From NCBI GenBank assembly GCA_052033375.1, contig JBPOJQ010000013.1, positions 2,255 through 66,254 on the forward strand: 64,000 bases of DNA, written 5' to 3'. This DNA comes from Candidatus Magasanikiibacteriota bacterium. Lineage in GTDB: Bacteria; Patescibacteriota; Patescibacteriia; Magasanikbacterales; UBA922. The translations under genes and the position numbers were made by a program. Shown here piece after piece: positions 49,501-60,384 of this stretch. The notes beneath the pieces were generated by a model, which had not been told where the DNA came from, ran no database searches, and saw nothing but the letters and a program-made list of their open reading frames with translations. The stretch's first letter is position 1. Each line of letters opens with the position of its first letter.

Positions 49501-49738
49501 TCCGATGATAGCGCGCCATCACATCCTGCACTGCGAGCATGACCGCATGACCCATATGGAGGGTTCCAGTCACATTTGGAGGAGGCAATACCATACTAAA
49601 AGACTCTCTCTTCGTATCATCCTTGATCCACTCTGGAGTGCTCTCAGGCGCAAAAAAACCGCCTTTTTCCCAGCGTTTGTAGATCTTATCCTCGTATATA
49701 TGAGGTTCGTAAGCTTTGGGTAATTCTCGAGGGGGCAT
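46523..49738 (-). CDS. valS: Valine--tRNA ligase carrying an inserted histidine-phosphatase (phosphoglycerate-mutase-like) domain
   Basis: HIGH (HMGHAV) and KMSKS are present. A C-terminal coiled-coil is present. A 192-aa insertion between ...FSTLGWP and FHPTSVLETGYDILFFW contains RHGEAENN and SHGDT. Confidence 0.9.
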   Translation of the reverse strand: MPPRELPKAYEPHIYEDKIYKRWEKGGFFAPESTPEWIKDDTKRESFSMVLPPPNVTGTLHMGHAVMLAVQDVMARYHRMKGDKTLWIPGTDHAAVATESKVEKMLIDGGMKKPKAELGREKFLKHVEKFARESHDTIVNQAKKMGASLDWSREAFTLDNPRNVAVNTIFKMMYDDGLIYRGYRVINWSVKGQSTCSDDELVYVERPGKLYYFTYGPECPITIATTRPETKLGDTAIAVNPKGKWKKYIGKTFVIKNFGQTGHTLKLQVIGDAGVDDTFGTGALGVTPAHSQTDFEIYQKNKDIGLIQVIGEDGKMTTNAGESFAGLTIEEARKKLVAWLEKQKLLEKTEDTIQNVGTSDRFGDIVEPLPKTQWFIDVNKKFKIKDSRLKTINKGQLVTLKQLMQTVVKTGDIKIIPERFDKTYFHWIDNLRDWNISRQIWYGHQIPVWYKGEETVVGTKPEGKGWTQDSDTLDTWFSSGSWTFSTLGWPTTEIQFIRHGEAENNVAGVVSDVSDTNSYHLTKVGRKQVEELSKKLSKKKPDIIYASPIVRTHETAEILSKKLGVPVIEDIRLREVGVGEFNSRSEEEFDKMRDQHEWMIETPYGMESYVDLRERTHSFLLEILQKNRGKRIAIVSHGDTLEVLKQFGTSLTGKSWDTIQQRATADTRVYAADNSLSTDIEVFHPTSVLETGYDILFFWVARMILMSTYALGEVPFKTVYLHGLVRDEEGRKMSKSLGNIIDPLDMIKKYGTDATRLSLLIGGTPGNDMRLSEEKIAGFRNFTNKLWNISRFMLLNIDTPAKDITEPKAQTAADEWILWKLHTVVTQVGKSFDSYQFSIAGETLRDFTWGELADWYLEIAKVEGEKSNILNYILNTILKLWHPFMPFVTEQVWQEIYGDTPLMVEEYPKLGKGKKENNNIVFIDTTLRNIITKIRSIRTEYKVEPAKKITANIRVESMSTLLKEYTPVLIRLAGLEKIAAEKLEKGISFTESGVEVEIDLSSAVDMKKEKVRIEKEIANVEPYVIQMEKKLSNTEFVKNAPRAVVEKEQQKLEESRQKLEALRNQLGSLTE

Positions 49739-49924
49739 AGGGTAAACAAATTCAACAATATACCTAAAATTCTATCCTAAACCTCAGAATTTAGCAAGAA
49801 TTAGGCTAATTTTCGCAAAAACATGGCATTTTTTGATCCCTATATATATCAAAAAGCCCATGGTTGACAATATTTTTGTGCTCTGGTATACTCCTCTATC
49901 CCCTTTTTACTTATACTAGAGGAT

Positions 49925-51070
49925 ATGGGATTGTATGTAATACAGCAAATAATCCGCACACTCGAAGACAAAAAGAATGTTCTGATTACATTTAAAAAAG
50001 ACTTTCATGGAGACGCTCTTGCAGCATCACTCGCATTGAAATTGTTCTTCGAGCAGCTCGGCAAAAAAATCCACCTCGCGTGTGATGGTTTTGTATTACC
50101 TGATCGTTTTTCTTTTCTTACCAATTCTCAATCTATCGCCTCTTCACTTGGTAGCCTCCACCAATTTGTGATTACTCTAGATATTTCAAAAAACGGGCTT
50201 TCCAATCTGAAATATGATATCAAAGATGATACACTCCGACTCTTCATCACCCCAAAAAATGGATACTATGGAAAAAATCTAATCCGCACCTCACAGACTG
50301 AATTCAAATATGACGCGGTCATTGTAGTCGATACGCCAGCACTCTCCGCACTCGGGGCAATTTATGCAAACAATGAAGAGTTCTTTTTCAAAACCCCAGT
50401 CGTCAATATTGACCATAAAAATTCAAATGAATATTTTGGACATATCAATCTCGTAGAACTTCCCGCGAGTACTTCATCTGAGGTGGTCTACGAATTATTG
50501 AATGCATACAAACCAGAGCTCATTACCCCAGAAATCGCACAAATCCTGCTTACAGGTATTATCGCAGGCACCAATAGCTTTAAAGATAAAAAGGTTCGTC
50601 CATATACGCTCACTGTCGCAAGCAAACTTGTAGAATTGGGAGCCGATCGTTCATTCATTATTGAACAACTTTTCCAAACCAAATCAATTTCCACCTTTAA
50701 ACTCTGGGGTGCCGCCCTCTCTCATATCACCTACGATGCCATACATGGCATTGTGTCGACCACACTTACACGCGATGACTTTATCCGTGCCAACGCACAC
50801 GCTGAAGATCTAAGTGCGATTATCGACGAGCTTATCTCTTTTTCACCTGACGCACGAATTATTCTAGTCTTATATGAGAATCCAGCTGATACGACTGGCG
50901 CGATACATGGCATGCTCAAGATTATCCCAAATTTCCATGCGACTGAAATCATGAAAAAATATGAAGCAGTGGGAGATGAAGATGATGCGACGTTCTCAAT
51001 TTCGGGTAAAGAATTAAAGGAAGTTGAGGAAGAGATAGTTACACATCTTAAAGAAAAAATTGCTGTATAA
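49925..51070 (+). CDS. DHH-family phosphoesterase (NrnA-like)
   Basis: The N-terminus FHGDALAASLALK is NrnA motif-like. The DHH-like motif is NIDHKN. A DHHA1-like C-terminal half is present. Confidence 0.6.
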   Translation: MGLYVIQQIIRTLEDKKNVLITFKKDFHGDALAASLALKLFFEQLGKKIHLACDGFVLPDRFSFLTNSQSIASSLGSLHQFVITLDISKNGLSNLKYDIKDDTLRLFITPKNGYYGKNLIRTSQTEFKYDAVIVVDTPALSALGAIYANNEEFFFKTPVVNIDHKNSNEYFGHINLVELPASTSSEVVYELLNAYKPELITPEIAQILLTGIIAGTNSFKDKKVRPYTLTVASKLVELGADRSFIIEQLFQTKSISTFKLWGAALSHITYDAIHGIVSTTLTRDDFIRANAHAEDLSAIIDELISFSPDARIILVLYENPADTTGAIHGMLKIIPNFHATEIMKKYEAVGDEDDATFSISGKELKEVEEEIVTHLKEKIAV

Positions 51071-51081
51071 TTTCAAATAAA

Positions 51082-51112
51082 TAAAAAAGACTTCCTACGA
51101 GGAAGTCTTTTT
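51082..51112 (+). terminator. Bidirectional hairpin terminator AAAAAGACTTCCTCGTAGGAAGTCTTTTTT
   Basis: A perfect palindrome flanked by A-run and T-run, between convergent genes. Confidence 0.75.
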
Positions 51113-51152
51113 TATTTTGTGTAACTTTAATTTTTGAATTCGAGATTTTCTC

Positions 51153-52730
51153 TTATATCAAACTTCTCCCCGTCATCTCAGGCGGTTGTTCGATGCCAAG
51201 AATGGAGAGCATCGTAGGGGCCACATCTGATAAAATTCCAACCGGATGCATCAAGCTCAAATCCCCTTCTGGAGGATCGCCTGTCGGACCTGCCTTACCT
51301 CGAAATTCATTACCAATAATCAGGAATGGTACAGGATTATTACTGTGCTCTTTATCCTGTTCACCTGTTTTCAAATTAATTACTTCTTCAGCATTTCCAT
51401 GATCGGCGGTAATCAATAACACCCCACCTTTTGCCTCTACGTATTCAGCTATTTTACCCAAACTACGATCAATCGTCTCACAGCCTACGATAGTCGCCTC
51501 AAGATTCCCCGTGTGTCCTACCATATCTGCATTCGCAAAATTGACCAAAATCACGTCATACGTATCAGACTCAATTGCAGCGATAACTTTCTTAGTCACT
51601 TCAGACGCGGACATTTCTGGTGCTTTATCATACGAGGACACATTGGGGGATGGAATGATTGCACGCTCTTCACCCTTAAACGGCTCCTCGACAGTACCAT
51701 TGAGAAAAAAAGTAATATGCGCATATTTTTCAGTTTCTGCTGCATGAAACTGCGTGAGTCCTGCTTTACTTATCACCTCAGCAAGACAATTATGCACCAC
51801 AATTGGCGGATATGCTACCACGACCGGAATTTCTTTTTCATATTCAGTCATAGTGACAAATAACAAATCGGTCACATACTCACGCTTAAATTTATCAAAT
51901 CCCGGCAATACAAATGCCTTGGTCAACTGTCGTGCACGATCAGGACGGAAATTAAAGAAAATTACGGCATCACCTTTTTCAATTTGTGCGGTAGGCTTGC
52001 CTTCTTTCCCAATCACAGTTGGAATAAACTCTTCATCATATACTTGTTTTTCATATGAGGCAGCAATTGCATCGACAGGATCCGTACTGTACGTTTCAGA
52101 AATTCCTTCAGCCATCGCTCGATATGCGCGTTCAATTCTATCCCATCGATTATCGCGATCCATCGCATAATATCGACCAGCGAGAGAAGCAATTTGTCCC
52201 ACTCCAATTTTCTTCATTTTTTCCTCAAGTTTGAGAACAAAATCTGTCGCACTATTGTAGAGCGTGTCTCGTCCATCGAGAATAACATGTACAAAGACTT
52301 TTTTTATTTTGTTTTTCTTTGCAAATTCTAACAGCGCGTACAAGTGATCTTGGCTTGCATGTACATTACCAGGACTTACCAATCCAATGAGGTGCAGTGC
52401 AGATTTGTGAGTCAAGACATGTTCTTTTGCAGAAAGAAATGCTTTGTTCTGAAAAAATGTACCGTCCACAATTGTTTTATTGATTCGAGGAAATGTCTGA
52501 TAATATACACGTCCTGCACCGATATTCAAATGCCCTACTTCGGAATTTCCCATTTCACCATACGAAAGTCCAACCTCATTTCCAGAAGCATATAACGACA
52601 TTGCAGGGTATTCTTCGATAAAACGATCCATGTGCGGAGTGTTTGCACGATAGACCGCATTCCCCTCACTCGGAGGCGCGACTCCCCACCCATCAAGAAT
52701 TGCGAGTACAACAGGTTTTGGCCTTGGCAT
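51153..52730 (-). CDS. gpmI: 2,3-bisphosphoglycerate-independent phosphoglycerate mutase (copy 1)
   Basis: N-terminus ILDGWG. SEVGHLNIGAGR matches the iPGM metal-binding and Ser-phosphatase motifs. Length 525 aa. Confidence 0.9.
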   Translation of the reverse strand: MPRPKPVVLAILDGWGVAPPSEGNAVYRANTPHMDRFIEEYPAMSLYASGNEVGLSYGEMGNSEVGHLNIGAGRVYYQTFPRINKTIVDGTFFQNKAFLSAKEHVLTHKSALHLIGLVSPGNVHASQDHLYALLEFAKKNKIKKVFVHVILDGRDTLYNSATDFVLKLEEKMKKIGVGQIASLAGRYYAMDRDNRWDRIERAYRAMAEGISETYSTDPVDAIAASYEKQVYDEEFIPTVIGKEGKPTAQIEKGDAVIFFNFRPDRARQLTKAFVLPGFDKFKREYVTDLLFVTMTEYEKEIPVVVAYPPIVVHNCLAEVISKAGLTQFHAAETEKYAHITFFLNGTVEEPFKGEERAIIPSPNVSSYDKAPEMSASEVTKKVIAAIESDTYDVILVNFANADMVGHTGNLEATIVGCETIDRSLGKIAEYVEAKGGVLLITADHGNAEEVINLKTGEQDKEHSNNPVPFLIIGNEFRGKAGPTGDPPEGDLSLMHPVGILSDVAPTMLSILGIEQPPEMTGRSLI

Positions 52731-52737
52731 AGTAAAA

Positions 52738-54348
52738 TTAAAACAAAGATTTCCCAGTCATATCTTTCGGCTGTGTACCACCTACCATCTTTATTATCGT
52801 AGGCGCAACATCAGCGAGTATACCATCTTTTAATCTAATCCCTTTGGTACTATTTCTAATCAATATACAGGGCACCGGATTCAAACTGTGTTCAGTATCA
52901 ACTTCCCCAGTCTCAATGTTTTTCATTTCTTCAGCATTTCCATGATCAGCGACAATCAACACTTGTCCATCACGCGAGAGCACCTCTTCAACAATTTTTT
53001 CCACACAGTCATCGACAACAGACACGGCAATTTTTGCTGCTTTGAAATTCCCGGTATGACCTACCATGTCCGCATTTGCAAAATTGATACAATAAAAATC
53101 ATACGCCTGTTTTTTTATCAATTTTATTACCGTATTCGTTATTTTCCCTGCAGCCATTTCGGGCTTGGTATCATGATGTGCGACAGTTGTTGATTCTATT
53201 TTCATTCGATCTTCCCCATTTACAGGATCAGAGTACCCGCCGTTGATAAAATACGTCACGTGGGCATATTTTTCTGACTCAGCAATATAGAGCTGGGTCA
53301 TATGTGCCAAGGTGAGTGGTAATGTATTGTATACATCGGGCGACGGAAATGCAGTCAAAATTTTTTCCAGATCGGGACCAAAATCAGTCAAAGCGACAAA
53401 CCTAATATTTTTGGGAACCTTGGTACGCCTAAAAGAACGTGGATTTTTCTGATTAAAATCATCCTGTACAAAAGCCTTGGTAATTTGTCTGGCGCGATCA
53501 GATCGAGCATTGAAAAAAATAATAACATCTGTATCTTCAATAGTGCCTACGGGTTTTCCATAATCGTCGACTATGACTGAAGGTGAGATAAATTCGTCAG
53601 TCTCTCCTCGATTATACGCCTGTTCAATCGCCTCTTCTGCATTTTTTACCTGATGTCCTCGCCCGAGAGTCATCGCTTCATATGCAGCTTGGGTTCGATC
53701 CCATATTTTATTTCGATCCATGCCATAGAGTCTCCCCATAATTGTGGCTATTTTTTCGGTATGGAGCATGTGTCCTCGCAGTTGGTGCAAGAACGTCGAT
53801 GCGGCATGCGGACCCGAATCTCGTCCATCAGTAAAGAGGTGCAGGTATACTTTATCAATACCCTCTCTCCGACATAATTCCAACAATGCATAGACATGTT
53901 CTGGATAGGAATGAGCGCTATTCTCATCAGTGAGCAACCCCATCAGATGTACGGCTGAATTGTATTTTTTTGTATGGAATAATGCTTGCCTAAATGCTTC
54001 ATTTTTGAAAAAAGTTCCATCATGAATAGTATCTGAAATAGAAACCAAATCTTGTTTTACAATTCTTCCAGCACCAATATTCAAATGTCCTGCTTCAGAA
54101 TTTCCAATTTGACCAGAGAATAACCCCACGTGTTCACCGTAGGTTTTGAGCTTTGACCATGGATATTTTTTGAGATATCCGAATATATGAGGTGCAGTAT
54201 GCGAAGTGATTGCATTACCCTCACGATCTTCGGGCGCCAAACCAAAGCCATCAAGAATAATAAGCGCCGTTGGAGCATGCATGTGCTGGGTAGATTGTTG
54301 TTTTCCTTTTGTTTTTTGCTTGAGTGACATACTACGTTCAAATTTCAA
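52738..54348 (-). CDS. gpmI: 2,3-bisphosphoglycerate-independent phosphoglycerate mutase (copy 2, tandem paralog)
   Basis: ILDGFG and SEAGHLNIGAGR are present, over a full-length 536 aa. Confidence 0.88.
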   Translation of the reverse strand: MKFERSMSLKQKTKGKQQSTQHMHAPTALIILDGFGLAPEDREGNAITSHTAPHIFGYLKKYPWSKLKTYGEHVGLFSGQIGNSEAGHLNIGAGRIVKQDLVSISDTIHDGTFFKNEAFRQALFHTKKYNSAVHLMGLLTDENSAHSYPEHVYALLELCRREGIDKVYLHLFTDGRDSGPHAASTFLHQLRGHMLHTEKIATIMGRLYGMDRNKIWDRTQAAYEAMTLGRGHQVKNAEEAIEQAYNRGETDEFISPSVIVDDYGKPVGTIEDTDVIIFFNARSDRARQITKAFVQDDFNQKNPRSFRRTKVPKNIRFVALTDFGPDLEKILTAFPSPDVYNTLPLTLAHMTQLYIAESEKYAHVTYFINGGYSDPVNGEDRMKIESTTVAHHDTKPEMAAGKITNTVIKLIKKQAYDFYCINFANADMVGHTGNFKAAKIAVSVVDDCVEKIVEEVLSRDGQVLIVADHGNAEEMKNIETGEVDTEHSLNPVPCILIRNSTKGIRLKDGILADVAPTIIKMVGGTQPKDMTGKSLF

Positions 54349-54460
54349 ATAAAAGTCTCATACGATATTCCACCATTCATGTCTGTGAGATGTCGAACAT
54401 ATCGAGAACAATCTTTTACAACTGAAAAGTAGATTGAGGGGATAATTCGCACGTACTGCG

Positions 54461-55738
<1,278 letters not shown>

Positions 55739-55754
55739 TCAGTATATCAAAAGA

Positions 55755-55785
55755 AAACGACCTTGAAAAGGCCGTTTTCGAAATT
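55755..55785 (-). terminator. Terminator downstream of the SIMPL gene
   Basis: The minus strand reads AAAACGGCCTTTTCAAGGTCGTTTTCTTTTG. Confidence 0.55.
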
Positions 55786-55799
55786 TATTTGTCGTATTT

Positions 55800-56693
55800 T
55801 TACCTCAATTCAAAGGTTACACCAACACGAATTACCACATCATTCGTACCAGCCTCAAGCGCAGGAGCTGATCCTCCACCGAGAGCCATATCATACATTT
55901 TTGCACCATAATATGACTCATTTGACGCTTCATATTCATCGTATGATACGATGCCTGAAAGTTTTAATCCGAGAAGATTTGATAATGTTTGCGCTTTTTC
56001 ACCCACTTTTTTCAACGCCTCTGATCGCGCCTCCTCGAGATATGCTTCCTTATCATCAATCGTGAAAGAGAGACCACTCACATTTGTAGCACCGACTTCA
56101 CCTGCAAGCGCTAAGACCTGATTTGCTTTACTCAAATCTCTAATCTTTATTGCAACATTCTGACTAATGGTATAGCCTCGAAGTTCAGGCGTTCCCACAT
56201 CAGCAGGATAATTATATACAGGATATACGCTGTAATCTCGTGTCTGCATATCAGCTGCGTCTATTCCCAATTCTTTGATCTTTGCGATCAATTTATTTAC
56301 TACCTCAGTATTTTTCTGCTGTGCTTCAGCTACAGTAGGCGACTCAGTAGTCACGCCCATAGTAGTCATTGCAATGTCAGGTTTCACACTTACTTTACCC
56401 TCACCTTCCACACGAATAGTGCGCTCTGGTTTATCTGCCATTCCAATAAAATCGTATTTACGTACTTCATTTCTAATCAATACACCCAAAAATACAATCA
56501 GGTATACAATCAAAATTCCAACAAATGTCGATAGGATTTTTTTTCCTACCCATCCACACCACCCTCGCTCTTCACACTTGTTATCTTTACAACAATTCAT
56601 CGAATGTTCTGGCTCGGTAGTCAGGGGAGATGTTACCACCGAAGCCATTGGCTCATCCATCATCGGACGAGCAAATGATTTTTTGACAGGCAT
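55800..56693 (-). CDS. SIMPL-domain (DUF541) membrane-anchored protein
   Basis: Cys-rich N-terminus plus TM, then TIRVEGEGKVSVKPDIA. Confidence 0.7.
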   Translation of the reverse strand: MPVKKSFARPMMDEPMASVVTSPLTTEPEHSMNCCKDNKCEERGWCGWVGKKILSTFVGILIVYLIVFLGVLIRNEVRKYDFIGMADKPERTIRVEGEGKVSVKPDIAMTTMGVTTESPTVAEAQQKNTEVVNKLIAKIKELGIDAADMQTRDYSVYPVYNYPADVGTPELRGYTISQNVAIKIRDLSKANQVLALAGEVGATNVSGLSFTIDDKEAYLEEARSEALKKVGEKAQTLSNLLGLKLSGIVSYDEYEASNESYYGAKMYDMALGGGSAPALEAGTNDVVIRVGVTFELR

Positions 56694-56934
56694 ATTTTAC
56701 AGAAGTAAAAAATAAAGAGTTAAAATAAAAAAATCAAATATTTTTCTATTGGAAGTATAGCACACAATGACTTTTTCTTCCGCAGCACTCTGTGGATAGA
56801 TGATACAAAATACAAAGGACACGCTACAAACAAATCATGCTGTTTAATTTCTTTTTTCTCTCCTATTTGCCGATTTGATTTGTTTGAGACTGTCCGATTG
56901 AGCACAGCCACATCGAGAAATATTCGACATGAAA

Positions 56935-58137
56935 TCAACTTGAGTGTTTTGTCACAATTTCCACTCCTGGAAGTTTTTTTCCGGATAAAAATTCCAACAT
57001 TGCTCCACCACCAGTCGAAATCATATCTACATATTCTGTCATACCTGTCTGATTCATAGCCTGAATTGTCTCTCCACCACCGATAACACCATATGCTCTC
57101 CCTTTCGATTGTGCTGCTACCAAGCGTGCGACTGAATATGTTCCGACTCCGTATGGTGTTTGTTCAAAATATCCCATTGCACCATTCCAAATAATAGATG
57201 TTGCCAATCTAATATCTTCTGCATACAGCCGAATGGTCGCTGGCCCAATATCAAAAATCGCTTCATCATCTGAACACAACACACATGGTTTTTTTGGAAC
57301 CGACACGACACGAACTCCTGAACCATCTTTTTTTCCGACCACCAAGTCGACTGGCCACTCAATGGAATGAATTGCTTTTAATTTTTTTGCCTCAGAAATC
57401 ATGCCTTCGTCTATGAGCGAAGCACCCACTCCAAAGCCCTGGGACTTGAGATACGTATTTACAATACCCCCTCCTACCAAAATAACCTCGACTTTATTTT
57501 TAAGATGAGTAATGACGGGAAGTTTTGTCTCTATCTTTGCCCCACCAATCAGTAGTACGCTTCCCTTTTTCTCCATTTCAAGCACATGTGTGAGTCCTGC
57601 CACTTCTTTTTCAAGCAACAACCCTGCGTATGATGGAATATAATTTGCGACACCTGTCACTGATGGACTCGATCGATGTGCCACCCCAAATCCATCAAGT
57701 ACAAAAATATCACCTAGCGATGCTAATTCTTTTGAAAAATACTCCTTATTATTCTCCTCCCCTTCAGCAAATCGAATATTATCAAACATTACAATGGTAC
57801 CTTCTTTTATTTTCGAAACTTCTTTCTCTATTTTTTTTACCTGTGACCAATCACCTGTTCTGATAATACGTATATTCTTGTGAATCAATTTTTCCAATTC
57901 TTTTGCAATAGGATCCACTTTTAGATCTTTCATCACCTTTCCGCCAGGCCTGCCACTATGTGTAATCAACACTACACATGCTTTTTTTTCAAGTAAAAAA
58001 TTAATCGTCTCAAGTGAGGCTGCAATACGGTATGGTTCCTCCACTTTTCCACGTTTGATTCCCACATTATAATCAACACGAACAAGTACTCTTTTTCCTG
58101 CGAGATCTTTTACGTGCTTGATAGAACGAAGATTCAT
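56935..58137 (-). CDS. pgk: Phosphoglycerate kinase
   Basis: RVDYNVG is at the N-terminus. GGGA is near the C-terminus. Length 400 aa. Confidence 0.92.
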   Translation of the reverse strand: MNLRSIKHVKDLAGKRVLVRVDYNVGIKRGKVEEPYRIAASLETINFLLEKKACVVLITHSGRPGGKVMKDLKVDPIAKELEKLIHKNIRIIRTGDWSQVKKIEKEVSKIKEGTIVMFDNIRFAEGEENNKEYFSKELASLGDIFVLDGFGVAHRSSPSVTGVANYIPSYAGLLLEKEVAGLTHVLEMEKKGSVLLIGGAKIETKLPVITHLKNKVEVILVGGGIVNTYLKSQGFGVGASLIDEGMISEAKKLKAIHSIEWPVDLVVGKKDGSGVRVVSVPKKPCVLCSDDEAIFDIGPATIRLYAEDIRLATSIIWNGAMGYFEQTPYGVGTYSVARLVAAQSKGRAYGVIGGGETIQAMNQTGMTEYVDMISTGGGAMLEFLSGKKLPGVEIVTKHSS

Positions 58138-58226
58138 AATACAGTATAGTTCATAATCAATAGCGAGACAGGCAATAGGAGATATACATTCGTATCACTA
58201 TGGACTACTGGCTCTGGACTTTCTTG

Positions 58227-59213
58227 TTATTTCTTCCCTGCAATTACCGCCATCTCCACTAATCGATTCGCATACCCCCATTCATTATCATACCACCCAA
58301 TTACCTTGACCAAATTCCCATCGACTACACGAGTAAGTTCAGCGTCCACAATCGCAGAATATGCATTGCCAATATAATCACTTGAAACTAAAGGTTCATG
58401 TGATACATCAAGAATTCCTTTCAAATAGGATTTTGAAGCTTTGATGTAGGCTTTGTTTATTTCTTCAACAGTTGTTGATTTTTTTAATAATACAGTGATA
58501 TCAGTAAGTGACACACTAATTGTCGGGACGCGAACTGAAAGACCGTCAAACTTTCCTCCAAGTTGTGGAATAGTTCGGGTCACCGCAATAGCAGCACCTG
58601 TTTTGGTAGGAACCATGTTTTGTGCAGCTGCACGAGCCTCACGCAAATCTTTTGAAGGTCCATCCTGGAGTACCTGAGAGGCGGTATATGAATGCACTGT
58701 GGTGAGCATTGCTTTTTCTATTCCAAATTCTTTTTCCAAGACCAGCATCATAGGTGCTGCACAATTGGTAGTACACGATGCATTGTCGAGAATCGCTTCA
58801 CCTGCGTACTCTTTGTCATTTACCCCACGGACATAGGTTTTCAATTCACCTTTTCCTGGCGCTGAAATGATTACTTTTTTTGCTCCTGCAGTAATATGTG
58901 CTTTTGCACTTTCCGCGTCAGTAAATCGTCCAGTTGATTCGATTACCACATCTACTTTGAGTTGTTTCCATGGCAATACCGTAGGATCTTTTTCCGCAAA
59001 TACTGGAATTTTCTTACCTTTTACAATAATATGTTTCTCATCAAAAGAAACCGGATATTCAAAATCATTGTATGCAGTATCATGTTTTAATAAATGAGCC
59101 AATGTCCTCGTATCAGTCAAATCATTGATACCTACAATATCTAGCTTTTTTTGAAATGCTATTTTGAATGCGTGTCGACCGATACGACCAAATCCATTGA
59201 TGGCAATTTTCAT
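58227..59213 (-). CDS. gap: Glyceraldehyde-3-phosphate dehydrogenase, type I
   Basis: NGFGRIGR is present. The active-site motif SCTTNC is present. Confidence 0.93.
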   Translation of the reverse strand: MKIAINGFGRIGRHAFKIAFQKKLDIVGINDLTDTRTLAHLLKHDTAYNDFEYPVSFDEKHIIVKGKKIPVFAEKDPTVLPWKQLKVDVVIESTGRFTDAESAKAHITAGAKKVIISAPGKGELKTYVRGVNDKEYAGEAILDNASCTTNCAAPMMLVLEKEFGIEKAMLTTVHSYTASQVLQDGPSKDLREARAAAQNMVPTKTGAAIAVTRTIPQLGGKFDGLSVRVPTISVSLTDITVLLKKSTTVEEINKAYIKASKSYLKGILDVSHEPLVSSDYIGNAYSAIVDAELTRVVDGNLVKVIGWYDNEWGYANRLVEMAVIAGKK

Positions 59214-59326
59214 ATTTTTGAAATAAATCTAATAGAATACAGATTACTAAGATTTCCGTGAAAATCTATGATTACATCCTAGGCAATCTGGGTAATCATG
59301 GCAATCTGTGTGCCATTATACCATAC

Positions 59327-59836
59327 TTATCTGGATACTTCCTCCATTTTTCTTGAAGCCGCACAGGTCAAGGCGATCGCCAGTGCATCAGCAGCATCGT
59401 CGGGAGTAATTTTTTTCTTTATTCCCAATAAAACTTTTACCATCATCTCAAGCTGAGTTTTGTCAGCCCTCCCGTATCCAGTGATACTTTGCTTTACTTC
59501 AAGCGGTGTATACTCGTGGACAGCAAGATGGGCTTTGGTAAGAGTCAATAGAATGACACCCCGCGCTTGCCCTACTTTGAGCGCAGTTGTGACGTTTTTA
59601 TAAAAAAATAATTCCTCGACTGCAGCACAATTGGGCTGATGTGTACGTATTATTTTTATCAACTCATCGGAAATATCCACCAATCGTTCAACGAACGTTC
59701 GTTTTGTATCCGTCTCAATACAACCATAGTCGACCACTCGAAACCGATCACCCGCAACGTCAATAATACCAAAACCTACTCGTCCAAAGCCTGGATCAAT
59801 GCCGAGAATGCGGATAGATTTTTGATGATGTTTCAT
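59327..59836 (-). CDS. ruvC: Crossover junction endodeoxyribonuclease RuvC
   Basis: ILGIDPGFGRVGFGI contains a catalytic Asp. Length 169 aa. Confidence 0.9.
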   Translation of the reverse strand: MKHHQKSIRILGIDPGFGRVGFGIIDVAGDRFRVVDYGCIETDTKRTFVERLVDISDELIKIIRTHQPNCAAVEELFFYKNVTTALKVGQARGVILLTLTKAHLAVHEYTPLEVKQSITGYGRADKTQLEMMVKVLLGIKKKITPDDAADALAIALTCAASRKMEEVSR

Positions 59837-59994
59837 AGGCTAACTCTAGTTTATCATGCTTCCCAAAATAAAGGCAGATTATTGACAAACATGATGAAAC
59901 TGGCTACATTGTACCGGGCTCTGGCTATGCAACCATCTCTTGGTTACACTGTCGGACACGCGTATATCTTACACCCAGCCAAAAGGATTCATCA

Positions 59995-60384
59995 ATGTGT
60001 ATCAGATGTGAGACACATGCTACTTACCTCGTTCGTTCCAAGCTCGCACATACCATCCTGCAATCGATGATGGCATCCTCCAACCCCTCTACTAACCCCG
60101 TCCTGATTCTGGGTGTCAGTATTCGGGCGATCCGCAATGCTCAAGTCACCTTCATCTGCATTCGGGATTCCTCTAGTCTGAGCGAGAACGGCACGCTGGA
60201 CAGCGACCGCTGGTCGGTCGTGCAAACTGGGACAAGAATTCTCGGAAGCAGTGAACGAGACAACCTGTGCGTCGAACGCCTCCGAAGGGCTGCAGAAGAA
60301 ATGTTCGGAGCAGGCCTCCGCATCTTCGCGGTCGATAATGACGAACCTGATCACAGCTGGCGAGTCGAGATACGTCAATTCTGA
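59995..60384 (+). CDS. Candidate small protein on the opposite strand, inside the GC-rich insert between ruvC and yebC. It has its own promoter-like and terminator-like elements. Function unknown.
   Basis: An AAGGA SD sits 9 nt before the ATG. A TTGACA-17-TACATT promoter-like element lies at 59881..59909. A hairpin terminator lies at 60438..60469. High GC yields ORFs in several frames, so the coding assignment is tentative. Confidence 0.3.
   Translation: MCIRCETHATYLVRSKLAHTILQSMMASSNPSTNPVLILGVSIRAIRNAQVTFICIRDSSSLSENGTLDSDRWSVVQTGTRILGSSERDNLCVERLRRAAEEMFGAGLRIFAVDNDEPDHSWRVEIRQF

Noticed and set aside
46851-49723. Several 70-90 aa ORFs inside valS on both strands
   Set aside because: They are antisense to or out of frame with the 1071-aa ValRS reading frame.
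59214-59326. Short repeated ggcaatctg motifs upstream of gap (possible glycolytic regulator operator)
   Set aside because: Only two short copies are present. This is too little to call a binding site without comparative data.
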